Source: an uncultured Clostridia bacterium (GTDB lineage Bacteria; Bacillota; Clostridia; Christensenellales; UBA1242). Taken from it: DNA of 64,000 nt. The stretch spans positions 90,409 to 154,408 of the forward strand of contig CALVYQ010000002.1 of NCBI GenBank assembly GCA_944372335.1. The letters are read 5' to 3'. Both the position numbers and the translations under genes were made by a program. Shown one piece after another: positions 43,409 to 52,141 of this stretch (its first letter is position 1; each line of letters starts with the position of its first letter). The notes beneath the pieces were generated by a model. The model did no database searches. It was not told the origin of the DNA and was given only the letters and a program-made list of their open reading frames with translations.

Positions 43409-43462
43409 TATATCATAAAGTGATGTAAAATATTTGACATACATCAGAAAATGATGTAAAAT
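43409..43462. promoter_or_regulatory. Tandem operators T-AYATCA-N5-TGATGT-A overlapping divergent promoters
   Basis: TATATCA-taaag-TGATGTA (43409-43427) and TACATCA-gaaaa-TGATGTA (43440-43458); a + strand TTGACA (43434)-17 bp-TAAAAT (43457) brackets the second operator. Confidence 0.7.
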
Positions 43463-43499
43463 AATCTAAGTTTAAGTTATGGAGTATCTTAAATGCGAC

Positions 43500-43742
43500 T
43501 TAAACAGTCTCTTCTTCAATATTGTCAAAAATTGGGTCATTAAAAAATTCTTTAACGGTTATACCTATGCCTTGGCAAAATTTACCAAGAGTTCGTGTTG
43601 AGCAAAAGACATCTTTAGAGGATAGATAAGTGCTTAATGTAGATGTTGTCATAAAACTTTTCTCACAAATCTTATTCACTGATTGTCCACTTGATTTTAT
43701 CAGATTAATCATTCTTAGCCTTATTGCTTCACAAAGTCTCAT
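43500..43742 (-). CDS. XRE/Cro-like helix-turn-helix protein
   Basis: AIRLRMINLIK...SVNKICEKSFMTTSTLSTY...TLGKFCQGIGITVKEFFNDPIF is typical of small clostridial HTH_26-like proteins; AGGAG RBS. Confidence 0.82.
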   Translation of the reverse strand: MRLCEAIRLRMINLIKSSGQSVNKICEKSFMTTSTLSTYLSSKDVFCSTRTLGKFCQGIGITVKEFFNDPIFDNIEEETV

Positions 43743-43784
43743 ATATGCTCCTAAATTAATTTTAGCATTCTATAAAATTAAAAG

Positions 43785-43804
43785 ATTGACGATTAACCGT
43801 CAAT
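43785..43804. promoter_or_regulatory. Inverted repeat / back-to-back -35 elements between divergent genes
   Basis: ATTGACG-attaac-CGTCAAT. Confidence 0.5.
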
Positions 43805-43856
43805 TTGTTTTGAGTTATTAAATTACTATACATAATGAGTAAGATAGGAGGTATTT

Positions 43857-44294
43857 ATGAAAGTATGTGGTTTTATCGGGCAGATGGGAATTAATATGCC
43901 TAATTATATAGAGGAAGTCTTAAAGCAGGATTTAAAACAGATTGTAGAAGAATTTGATGTTATATATGTCAGTTTTTATGGAGAATTTCAAAATTATGTG
44001 CTTCATTTTTTAAGAGAAAATTTTAGAAAAGGCTTAAAGATAGTGGGAGTTCATGGTTATGATAATTCTTATAATGATTTGGAGCAAAAATATCTTGGAA
44101 GACTTTACGATGATGTTATAAAAATTAATGAACAAGATATGTTTCTTCATACAAATCAAATTATATTAAAAAATTGCTCACAGCTATATTTCTATGTAAA
44201 TGAAAATAGACATTCTGATGAATTAATAGCCTTAAATGAAGCGAGGAATAAAGATATGGCTTTTAAAAACTATTTTAAATATATCAAATTGTGA
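43857..44294 (+). CDS. Hypothetical protein, degenerate SLOG/YpsA(DUF1273)-like
   Basis: AGGAGG RBS. The CGFIG...YVSFYGEF...NQIILKNCSQLYFYV...ALNEARNK pattern resembles clostridial SLOG proteins; the family call is from recall. Confidence 0.6.
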   Translation: MKVCGFIGQMGINMPNYIEEVLKQDLKQIVEEFDVIYVSFYGEFQNYVLHFLRENFRKGLKIVGVHGYDNSYNDLEQKYLGRLYDDVIKINEQDMFLHTNQIILKNCSQLYFYVNENRHSDELIALNEARNKDMAFKNYFKYIKL

Positions 44295-44406
44295 CCTGCA
44301 ATTTTAATTCATTTTTTATTCAAATACTAATCAAAAGAAAAAAATCTAGCTATTTTGTTTGATATTTTTTCCGGATTGATATAAAATAAACTTAGGAGGA
44401 ATTATT

Positions 44407-45555
44407 ATGAGTAAAATAAGTGTTGTTCAATATGGCTGTGGCAAGATGAGCAAATACACCATGCGTTATGTGTTTGAAAAAGGGGCAAAAATCGTCGGTG
44501 CTTTTGATTGTGACGAAAAGAAAATGGGCTTGGATATCGGCGAGATAATCGGAGATGGAAAAGAATATAAGGTTAAAGTTCAAGATAGTGCAACCTTTGA
44601 AAAATGGCTAAAAAAGCATAAGGTTGATATTGTCATTGTCACAACGATGAGCTATATCAAGGATATGTATGAGCCACTCTTAATCTGTGCAAAATGTGGA
44701 GTAAATGCGATTACAACGGCGGAAGAGGCATTCTTTCCACAAAATAGCAATCCAAAGATATTTAAGATGATTGATGCTCTTGCTATGGAGAATGGCTGTA
44801 CGATAACAGGAAGTGGCTATCAAGATGTCTTTTGGGGAAATTTAATCAGCGTACTTGCAGGTGCTACTCACAAGATAACAAAAATTGTCGGCAGTTCTTC
44901 ATATAATGTGGAGGACTATGGCATTGCTCTTGCAAAAGCTCATGGAGCAGGATTAAGTCTTGAAGACTTCGATAAAGAGATAGCTTCTGCTGACAGAATA
45001 AGCGAGGCAGAGCTCAAAAAGATTATCAAAAAGGGTGATTACACTCCTAGTTATATGTGGAATGTCAATGGCTGGCTTTGCAGTAAACTAGGACTTCATG
45101 TGACAAAACAGACTCAAAAATGTGTGCCACAAGTTGCTAAACAAAAAATCTACTCTTCCACTCTTGACATGACCATTCCAAAGGGCTATGCAACAGGCAT
45201 GAGTGCCGTTGTAACAACAGAAACTAAAGAGGGAATCACCATTGAAAGTCAGTGCATCGGGAAGGTGTATGATAAGACGGAATTTGATCGCAATGATTGG
45301 ACGATTGAGGGCGAGCCATCTACCCGTGTTGTTATTGACAGGCCTAGCACAGTAGAGCTCACTTGTGCATCAGTGGTAAATAGAATACCAGAAGTTTTGA
45401 TGGCTCCAGCAGGCTATATCACCACTGAGATGATGCCTGAAAATATTTATAAGCAAGAGAGCCTAGACAAATATCTCTTTGATATGGACGAATACTTGGA
45501 AGCTATGACAGATAATTGCGATTGTCACGACGATGATTGCGATTGCAACAAATAA
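44407..45555 (+). CDS. NAD(P)-dependent amine dehydrogenase, 2,4-diaminopentanoate dehydrogenase (Ord)/DapB-like
   Basis: VVQYGCGKM Rossmann start, GVNAITTAEEAFFP, TITGSG, IEGEP, TCASVVNRIPEVLMAPAG. Confidence 0.8.
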   Translation: MSKISVVQYGCGKMSKYTMRYVFEKGAKIVGAFDCDEKKMGLDIGEIIGDGKEYKVKVQDSATFEKWLKKHKVDIVIVTTMSYIKDMYEPLLICAKCGVNAITTAEEAFFPQNSNPKIFKMIDALAMENGCTITGSGYQDVFWGNLISVLAGATHKITKIVGSSSYNVEDYGIALAKAHGAGLSLEDFDKEIASADRISEAELKKIIKKGDYTPSYMWNVNGWLCSKLGLHVTKQTQKCVPQVAKQKIYSSTLDMTIPKGYATGMSAVVTTETKEGITIESQCIGKVYDKTEFDRNDWTIEGEPSTRVVIDRPSTVELTCASVVNRIPEVLMAPAGYITTEMMPENIYKQESLDKYLFDMDEYLEAMTDNCDCHDDDCDCNK

Positions 45556-45559
45556 TCAT

Positions 45560-45592
45560 AAAAAGCATTATCTTTTTAGATAATGTTTTTTT
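45560..45592 (+). terminator. Intrinsic terminator
   Basis: AAAAAGCATTATCT-tttt-AGATAATGTTTTTTT. Confidence 0.7.
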
Positions 45593-45663
45593 ATTAAATT
45601 TGTTTTTATATTTTAAAATTTATGATAAAATATTTGAAGAAATAAATTTTAAAGGAGAAAGAG

Positions 45664-46626
45664 ATGCTTATAACTTTTGAAGGTGGAGAGGGGTGTGGGA
45701 AAAGCACGCAGATTAAATTGTTTGAGAAATATCTAAAGGAAAACAACATTGACTATATCCTTTCACGTGAACCGGGAGGCACACCACTTTGTGAAAAAAT
45801 ACGCACGCTTTTGCTTGAAAACAAGGAGGATATGAATGCAAAGACAGAATTTTTGCTCTTTTCAAGTGCACGTGCTGAACACGTTGAAAAGGTGGTCAAG
45901 CCCAATCTCGAGGCGGGCAAGGTGGTGGTACTAGACAGATACTATCACTCTTCCTATGCCTATCAAGGCTATGCTGGTGGACAAAACTTAAACGAACTTA
46001 AAGCGATAACCGAATTTGCCATATCTTTTTGCGTGCCTGACCTTGTGATACTCTTAGATATAAACTATGAAGACGGATTTGCTAGAAAAAGTATGGACGA
46101 AAAATTGAAAAAATTAGACAGAATTGAAAGCAAGGGTAAAGCTTATCACGATGCTGTGAGAAAAGGTTATTTAAAATTAGCACAAGAAGAGAAAGATAGA
46201 TTCGTTGTTATAGACGCTACAAAGGGCGTAGAAGAGCTTTCCAAAAGAATTATTGAAGAATTTGAAAAGCGATTTATCCACAGAATGCATATAAAAGAAG
46301 AATATTTTAAAAAAATAAAGAGTGGCGAGAAAAACTATGAAGTTCGACTTTATGATGAAAAGCGAAAGAGAATCAAAAGAGGAGACATGATAGTTTTTCA
46401 AAATGGTGAAAGAGAAGTAAAACGATATGTGGATAATCTTTTCACTTTTTCCACCTTTGAAGAGATGTTAGATTCTGTGCCTGCAAAAAATTTAGGCTTT
46501 TCCTCTAAAGAGGAAGCCCTTGATGTTTATAAGTCATTATATCCCAAAAAAGGCGATTTAAAAGTTCTAGCCATAAAATTAAAAAATGAAAAAAATCAAG
46601 AAAAAACAAATAAAATTAAAACATAA
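45664..46626 (+). CDS. tmk: Thymidylate kinase fused to a C-terminal ASCH domain
   Basis: ITFEGGEGCGKSTQ, REPGGT, DRY and PDL Tmk motifs in about 205 aa, then HRMHI..YF..IKSGEKNYEVRLYDEKR..IKRGDMIVF (ASCH GxKxxExR). Confidence 0.92.
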   Translation: MLITFEGGEGCGKSTQIKLFEKYLKENNIDYILSREPGGTPLCEKIRTLLLENKEDMNAKTEFLLFSSARAEHVEKVVKPNLEAGKVVVLDRYYHSSYAYQGYAGGQNLNELKAITEFAISFCVPDLVILLDINYEDGFARKSMDEKLKKLDRIESKGKAYHDAVRKGYLKLAQEEKDRFVVIDATKGVEELSKRIIEEFEKRFIHRMHIKEEYFKKIKSGEKNYEVRLYDEKRKRIKRGDMIVFQNGEREVKRYVDNLFTFSTFEEMLDSVPAKNLGFSSKEEALDVYKSLYPKKGDLKVLAIKLKNEKNQEKTNKIKT

Positions 46627-46711
46627 ATTGTATTTTTTCATTAAAATTTAGTTTATTTTAAAATAATATTATATTTTTATAAAAATTAAAATTAAATTAT
46701 TTATTTATAAG

Positions 46712-46746
46712 AAAACACCTTAACTAAAACAAGTTAAAGTGTTTTT
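46712..46746. terminator. Bidirectional terminator between tmk and the GNAT gene
   Basis: AAAACACCTTAACT-aaaaca-AGTTAAAGTGTTTTT. Confidence 0.6.
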
Positions 46747-46791
46747 ATTTTTTTTATATATTAATTTAAATTTTATTTCTATAGTTTTTAT

Positions 46792-47274
46792 TTATTCAAT
46801 TTTTAAATATTTAAATGCTCGTGGGAATTTTATTTCACAATTTAATTCTTCATCATCATTATTTAAGCTTAAAATTAAAGAATTTTCATCACCAATTACA
46901 CCATAAGTTTCAAGAGGTCTAAAATTGTATTTCTCATAAAATTTGACATTTCCGATTGCAATCACATAGTCATAGCCCAGCGTTTCTGCAACATTCAAGC
47001 CTCTTTTTAAAAGATGTTTGCCTAGTCCTTTATGTTGAAACTCTGGCTCTATGAGAAGTGGAGCAAGAGTCAAGCCCGTAACCTTATTGAGTTTATTTTT
47101 AGAGAATATCATAAGCCCAATAAGTTTTTCTTCATTTTCAAGCACAAAGGAAAGTTCGTTTATGTAAGAAGAGGAGCTATATAGGCTGTCAAAGAATGTG
47201 CTATTAACATTAAAGCTATCAAGTAAGGCTTTAACATTACTTAAATCACTTTCTTTTATATTTCTAATTGTCAT
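46792..47274 (-). CDS. GNAT family N-acetyltransferase (YhbS-like)
   Basis: LAPLLIEPEFQHKGLGKHLL acetyl-CoA motif; G...FYEKYNF. Confidence 0.88.
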   Translation of the reverse strand: MTIRNIKESDLSNVKALLDSFNVNSTFFDSLYSSSSYINELSFVLENEEKLIGLMIFSKNKLNKVTGLTLAPLLIEPEFQHKGLGKHLLKRGLNVAETLGYDYVIAIGNVKFYEKYNFRPLETYGVIGDENSLILSLNNDDEELNCEIKFPRAFKYLKIE

Positions 47275-47283
47275 AGTTTCCTC

Positions 47284-47982
47284 TTATAGTCCAAGAAGAA
47301 TAAATAAGGCAAACATATTTTGAGCGAGATAATAGAGAATGTGATTTATATAGATGAATATCTTTTGACTTTTGCCTCCAAAGTATTGCATGGAAAGCAC
47401 GAGGTCAGATAAGAGGAAGATGAGCATTCCGCCAGCAAATATCCAGAATATTGGTGAATATATTGCCACAAACACGGAGAAGAAGAACATGAATGTTAAG
47501 ATTATGCTATAAGAGATAACTGCCCATTTAACACTTCCAAATTCCATATTCATCTTTTTTGATGAGAGCATGATAGCAAGAGTAGCAAGTCCTGCAAGTA
47601 CAAGTGCAACAGGTATAGCCCAAGCAAGCATCATGGTGTTAATATTTATAATGTAAAGCACCACTGCTGTGAAGTAAAAAGCGTGTCCGACAGCGAATGA
47701 AGCTGTACCAGAATAAAAATAGGCGTTGTTATGCTCAGGATACATAATTTTTAAATCTAAGAGGATATCTCCAGCAAGTCCACAGATAAGTCCGACCAAA
47801 ATCAAAATACCTATTGTCGAAAAGCCGATAACACGCAATGCGAGTATTCCTGCAAAAATGAACGCTATTGATGATAAAATTTTAAGCGTCAGCGAAAAGC
47901 CGGTTGCCTTTTGGGCTCTAAGAAAACAGAAAGCCACACACAAAAGCATAGATAAAACAATAAAAATTATACTTCCAATCAT
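47284..47982 (-). CDS. YhhN/TMEM86-family lysoplasmalogenase-like membrane protein
   Basis: LKILSS, GDILL, F.VGH.FY, YS.IL, F.LSD.VL and YYLAQ are the YhhN family motifs. Confidence 0.85.
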   Translation of the reverse strand: MIGSIIFIVLSMLLCVAFCFLRAQKATGFSLTLKILSSIAFIFAGILALRVIGFSTIGILILVGLICGLAGDILLDLKIMYPEHNNAYFYSGTASFAVGHAFYFTAVVLYIININTMMLAWAIPVALVLAGLATLAIMLSSKKMNMEFGSVKWAVISYSIILTFMFFFSVFVAIYSPIFWIFAGGMLIFLLSDLVLSMQYFGGKSQKIFIYINHILYYLAQNMFALFILLGL

Positions 47983-48002
47983 AATTTACCTCCTTTTAAT
48001 GA

Positions 48003-49139
48003 TTAGCTGTTAAAGAACTCTAAAACATCATTATAAACTTCTTCTTTGTTAAGTTCATTTAGAAGCTCGTGCCTACAATCTGGATAAATCTTACAGCGAG
48101 AGTCAATATTGTTGTTAAGATAGAATTTGTTGAGAGAAGTGATCTGTTTGCCCTTTGAACCAACAGGGTCGCAAGCTCCGGCAATGATAAACACCTTCTT
48201 CCTTCCAATTTTATTTACTCCAGAATTCATCTTGCTCATGTTTGTCAGCATACTTTTGTAGAAACTAAATGGGAAAGAACCACCACAAAATTCGTCCTTA
48301 CAATATGCTTCAAACACCGCATCATCTCTTGTCAGCCAATTATTATGCTCAAATTTTTTACCATAATTTTTGATGCACATCTTTTCGATAAATCCGCCTT
48401 CAGATTTTTCATTTTTGAAGAAAGATAAAAATTTTGCAAGCCCACTTCCACTCTTCATTATGGCACTCGAACCGTTTGCCGTTCCACATAGCACACATTT
48501 TTCCACAACATTTGTGTTTTGTATTATTGCCTGACTGAGCATTGAGCCATAAGAGTGACCAAAAAGATAGACAGGAAGTTTATAGGCGTCTTTTATCTTT
48601 TCTAATATGATAATTTCATCTTGAACGCTCTCAGAAAAGATATCTTTTTCACCATAGCCGAATTTTTTATCAATGGCACTATGCCCATGCCCACGTAAGT
48701 CATTAGCAATCACTATGTAGCCGTTAGCATTTAAAAATTTTGCAAAATCATAATATCTGCCAGCGTGCTCCATCATGCCATGAACAATTAAAACAACAGC
48801 CTTAGGATTTTCTACATTGTCATAGACATAGGTGTAAAGCTTTAAGTGTTGATAACCTTCAACTGACAAAATATCATATATTTCCTTTTTTGACCTTTTA
48901 GGCTTCTTCACCTTGCTTTTTTTCTCTTCTGTTTTTGCGGTTGTTTCACTTACTTCTTTTTCTACTGTGCTTTCCGCCATTTCTTCTTTCTTTGCGACTC
49001 CTTCCTTTTTTGTTCTTTTGGTGCTAGCTTTAGCCTTCTCCACTTTTTCAGGTGATTTAGCTTTTTCTACCTTTTTTACTTTGCTTGTAGTCTTTTTTTC
49101 GCTTTTAGCTTCGACAACTTCTTCTTTTTCTTCTGCCAT
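48003..49139 (-). CDS. Alpha/beta hydrolase (lysophospholipase/monoacylglycerol lipase) with a Lys/Glu-rich N-terminal extension
   Basis: HGMMEHAGRY, DLRGHG, GHSYG nucleophile, D-P-V, RHELLNE; start moved to ATG 49139, which has an AGGAGG RBS. Confidence 0.88.
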   Translation of the reverse strand: MAEEKEEVVEAKSEKKTTSKVKKVEKAKSPEKVEKAKASTKRTKKEGVAKKEEMAESTVEKEVSETTAKTEEKKSKVKKPKRSKKEIYDILSVEGYQHLKLYTYVYDNVENPKAVVLIVHGMMEHAGRYYDFAKFLNANGYIVIANDLRGHGHSAIDKKFGYGEKDIFSESVQDEIIILEKIKDAYKLPVYLFGHSYGSMLSQAIIQNTNVVEKCVLCGTANGSSAIMKSGSGLAKFLSFFKNEKSEGGFIEKMCIKNYGKKFEHNNWLTRDDAVFEAYCKDEFCGGSFPFSFYKSMLTNMSKMNSGVNKIGRKKVFIIAGACDPVGSKGKQITSLNKFYLNNNIDSRCKIYPDCRHELLNELNKEEVYNDVLEFFNS

Positions 49140-49149
49140 TTTTCCCTCC

Positions 49150-50604
49150 TTAAACTTTTTTGATGGCTTTTTGCCAACCATCGTAATATTTTTTGCGTTC
49201 AGCGTCTGTCATATTAGGGCAGAACACCTCTTTCCCGCTAGACAACTTGATTATCCCTTCCTTATCGATAAGCTTAAGTGACAACATAGCTACATATATC
49301 GCTCCCATAACGGTTGCTTCGCTAGTTTTACTTCGCACAACATCATGATTTAGCATATCAGCAAGAAATTGCAGTAAAAAGTCATTGTTGCTTCCACCGC
49401 CATCGACAGATATGTGTGAAAAGCGTTGCCCTTCTTTTCTCATCTCATCAAACACTGCCTTTGTATTATATGCCATACTTTCCAGCATTGCTCGCACAAT
49501 ATGCTCTTTTTTCGTAGCGAAGGTAATTCCGGAAATCTCTCCACGAGCATCATTGTTCCAATAAGGAGCTCCAAGTCCGGTGAAAGCAGGCACAAAATAG
49601 ACACCTTCATTGTCAGGAAGCGAGCGTGCCATATCACTTGTCTTTCGGACGTCATCATAGAGCGAGAGGTTGTGTTTTAAAAAGTTAAGTCCACTGCACG
49701 CACTATATATGCTACCTTCAATTGCGTACTCTGTTTCTCCGTTTAGCGTTGATGCGACAGTTACAAGCAGTTTTTCTGGAAGCTTGTTGATGTTTTTACC
49801 TATGTTTGTCAAGATAAATCCGCCTGTGCCGTAGGTCACTTTGGTGCTACCATAGCTAACTGCACCTTGTCCAATCATGCTTGACTGCTGGTCACCGATA
49901 ATGGAGCAAAGTGGAGCACCAAAAAACTTCTTTATATTTCCAAAATGACTGTCGGACGGCAAGATTTTTGGAAGAGATGAACGAGGTATTTTAAAAAAAT
50001 TTAGTAGTTCGTCATCATAGTCAAGAGTTTTAATGTTCATAAGCATGGTGCGGGAGGCGTTTGTGACATCTGTGACAAAATTGCCGGTTAGCATTGTGGC
50101 AAGGTAGCAATCAATCGTTCCAAAGCAAAGGTTATTTTGTTTTAAAAGTTTCTTGGCTTCTTTGACGTTTTCTATTATCCATTTCATCTTAGAAGCACTA
50201 AAATATGGGTCAGGAATAAGTCCTGTTTTTTCTTTGATTTTTTTCTTTATTTCATTTGGCAAAGTTTTCATATACTTTGTGGTTCGCCTACATTGCCATA
50301 CTATGGCGTTATAGATAGGTTTTCCAGACTCTCTATCCCACGCAACAATTGTTTCACGCTGATTTGTTATGCCAACGCCGAGTAGTTCCTCTTTTTTAAC
50401 CTTGTTTCTTGTTAGCACTGTTTTAGAGGTAGAGATTATGCCATTTAAAATTTCAGTGGCGTCTTGTTCCACATATCCACTTTCTGGATAGTATTGGTGA
50501 AAAGAGCGTTGATTGATATCGACAATTTTATTTGAGTCAATATCGTATAGCACGCTTCTTAAATTTGTTGTGCCTTCATCTAGCCCCAAGATAAATCTTC
50601 TCAT
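49150..50604 (-). CDS. glpK: Glycerol kinase
   Basis: DEGTT, GITNQRET, AIVWQCRRT, TDVTNASRT, GDQQS, KVTYGTG, VPAFTGLGAPYW, VDGG. Confidence 0.95.
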   Translation of the reverse strand: MRRFILGLDEGTTNLRSVLYDIDSNKIVDINQRSFHQYYPESGYVEQDATEILNGIISTSKTVLTRNKVKKEELLGVGITNQRETIVAWDRESGKPIYNAIVWQCRRTTKYMKTLPNEIKKKIKEKTGLIPDPYFSASKMKWIIENVKEAKKLLKQNNLCFGTIDCYLATMLTGNFVTDVTNASRTMLMNIKTLDYDDELLNFFKIPRSSLPKILPSDSHFGNIKKFFGAPLCSIIGDQQSSMIGQGAVSYGSTKVTYGTGGFILTNIGKNINKLPEKLLVTVASTLNGETEYAIEGSIYSACSGLNFLKHNLSLYDDVRKTSDMARSLPDNEGVYFVPAFTGLGAPYWNNDARGEISGITFATKKEHIVRAMLESMAYNTKAVFDEMRKEGQRFSHISVDGGGSNNDFLLQFLADMLNHDVVRSKTSEATVMGAIYVAMLSLKLIDKEGIIKLSSGKEVFCPNMTDAERKKYYDGWQKAIKKV

Positions 50605-50672
50605 AAACTCCTCATAGCTTTATTTTATCACATTCCAAAAAAAATACGAAACAATTTGCCACTTTTTCTTTT

Positions 50673-50704
50673 TGTTTGACAAACATTTTTTTTATAGTTA
50701 AAAT
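50673..50704 (+). promoter_or_regulatory. sigmaA promoter with an overlapping inverted-repeat operator (glycerol operons)
   Basis: TTGACA (50676)-17 bp-TAAAAT; the TGTTTG-A-CAAACA inverted repeat covers the -35. Confidence 0.6.
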
Positions 50705-50722
50705 TATTCAAAAGGAGGGTGA

Positions 50723-52141
50723 ATGATTTACGACTCTATGATTATCGGCGGTGGTGTTGTCGGCACGGCAATTTTTAACAAGCTTGTCCGCATTGGCAAA
50801 AAGGTGGCACTTATCGACAAGGCGAGCGATGTGTCAACCGGAGCAAGCAAGGCAAATAGCGGGCTTGTTCATGCAGGCTATGACCCAGAGCCCGGCACGC
50901 TGAAAGCAAAATTAAATGTCAGAGGTAGTGAACTTTTTCCAAAGCTTACTAAAAGGCTTCATGTGCCATATAAAAGAACAGGGGCATTGGTAGTTGGTGA
51001 CAACAAGGAGATGATAGAGAGACTTTACGAAAGAGGAAAGAGAAACGGCGTAAAAGAGCTTTCCATTCTAACTCGTGAGGAAATTTTAAAACTCGTGCCA
51101 GATCTAAAGGAGGGCAATAATTATGCTCTTTACGCCAAAACTGCCGGGATTGTCAGCCCATATTTACTCACCATTGCACTTGCCGATGAGGGAGTTTTAA
51201 ATGGCGGCAAAATATTTTTAGAAGAAGATATTAAAAAGGTAGAGCGAGAGGGTGAGATATTTAAGGTTGTAACGAAGAAAAATACCTTTCTTGCAAAAAA
51301 TATCATAAATAGTGCCGGTGCTGGCTATAATGAGGTGGCTAAGCTTTTAAAGAGCGAAGAATATCCTCTCACTTTTAGGCGTGGCGAATACTTTGTCTTT
51401 TCAAGTACTGCACCGCTTGATGTTCCATGCACAATCTTTCCACTTCCAACGAAGCTTGGAAAAGGAGTTTTAATTACGCCGACAGTTGACGGAAATTTTC
51501 TTATCGGCCCAACAAGTGAGGACGGCGAGGATATCACAAAGACAACGGACAGCGGACTTAATGATATTAAAAAAAAGGCAGGCTTGATACTAAATAATAT
51601 TAATTTTAAAAACGCTATTCGTGAATTTTCCGGAGTGAGAGTGATTAGCGGTGACGACTTCATTATCGAAAAAAGTCAAAAGCAACCGGGGATTATCAAT
51701 CTTGCAGGCATCTGTTCGCCTGGACTGTCGAGTGCACCAGCGATTGCTGAGTACGTTGTTGAACTTTTAGGCTATGATTTGAAGGAGAAAGAAAACTTAA
51801 AGGAATTAAAGGACTACACTCTCTTAAAAAATCTACCACTTAATAAGCAAAAAGAGTTGATAAAGGGAAATCCTGACTATGGCGAAGTGGTGTGTAAGTG
51901 TGAAAAAATTACAAAGGGCGATATTTTATCTGCGCTCAACCGTCCACTAAAAGTGCGTTCAGTTGACGGAATAAAGAGAAGAACAAACGCTGGTATGGGT
52001 GGTTGTCAAGGAGGCTTTTGCTTCACAAAGGTAGTAAATCTTATTTTAAAGAGTAGAAAGATTAAATATGAGGAAGTTTTAAAAGAAAATCGTGGAAGTG
52101 AAGTTGCGGTTGGCAATATCCGGGAGGTGGATAAATGGTGA
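50723..52141 (+). CDS. FAD-dependent glycerol-3-phosphate dehydrogenase subunit (GlpA-like) with BFD-like 2Fe-2S domain
   Basis: IIGGGVVG, GASKANSGLVHAGYD, ICSPGLSSAPAIA, VCKCE...IKRRT.AGMG.CQGGFC; divergent from glpK. Confidence 0.88.
   Translation: MIYDSMIIGGGVVGTAIFNKLVRIGKKVALIDKASDVSTGASKANSGLVHAGYDPEPGTLKAKLNVRGSELFPKLTKRLHVPYKRTGALVVGDNKEMIERLYERGKRNGVKELSILTREEILKLVPDLKEGNNYALYAKTAGIVSPYLLTIALADEGVLNGGKIFLEEDIKKVEREGEIFKVVTKKNTFLAKNIINSAGAGYNEVAKLLKSEEYPLTFRRGEYFVFSSTAPLDVPCTIFPLPTKLGKGVLITPTVDGNFLIGPTSEDGEDITKTTDSGLNDIKKKAGLILNNINFKNAIREFSGVRVISGDDFIIEKSQKQPGIINLAGICSPGLSSAPAIAEYVVELLGYDLKEKENLKELKDYTLLKNLPLNKQKELIKGNPDYGEVVCKCEKITKGDILSALNRPLKVRSVDGIKRRTNAGMGGCQGGFCFTKVVNLILKSRKIKYEEVLKENRGSEVAVGNIREVDKW

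Noticed and set aside
45760-45773. parS-like CTTTCACGTGAACC in tmk
   Set aside because: Only the core matches and the outer TGT/ACA arms are absent. It is explained by the LSREP codons.
49140-49181. Longer start of the hydrolase overlapping glpK
   Set aside because: It overlaps the glpK 3' end, while ATG 49139 has a strong AGGAGG RBS.
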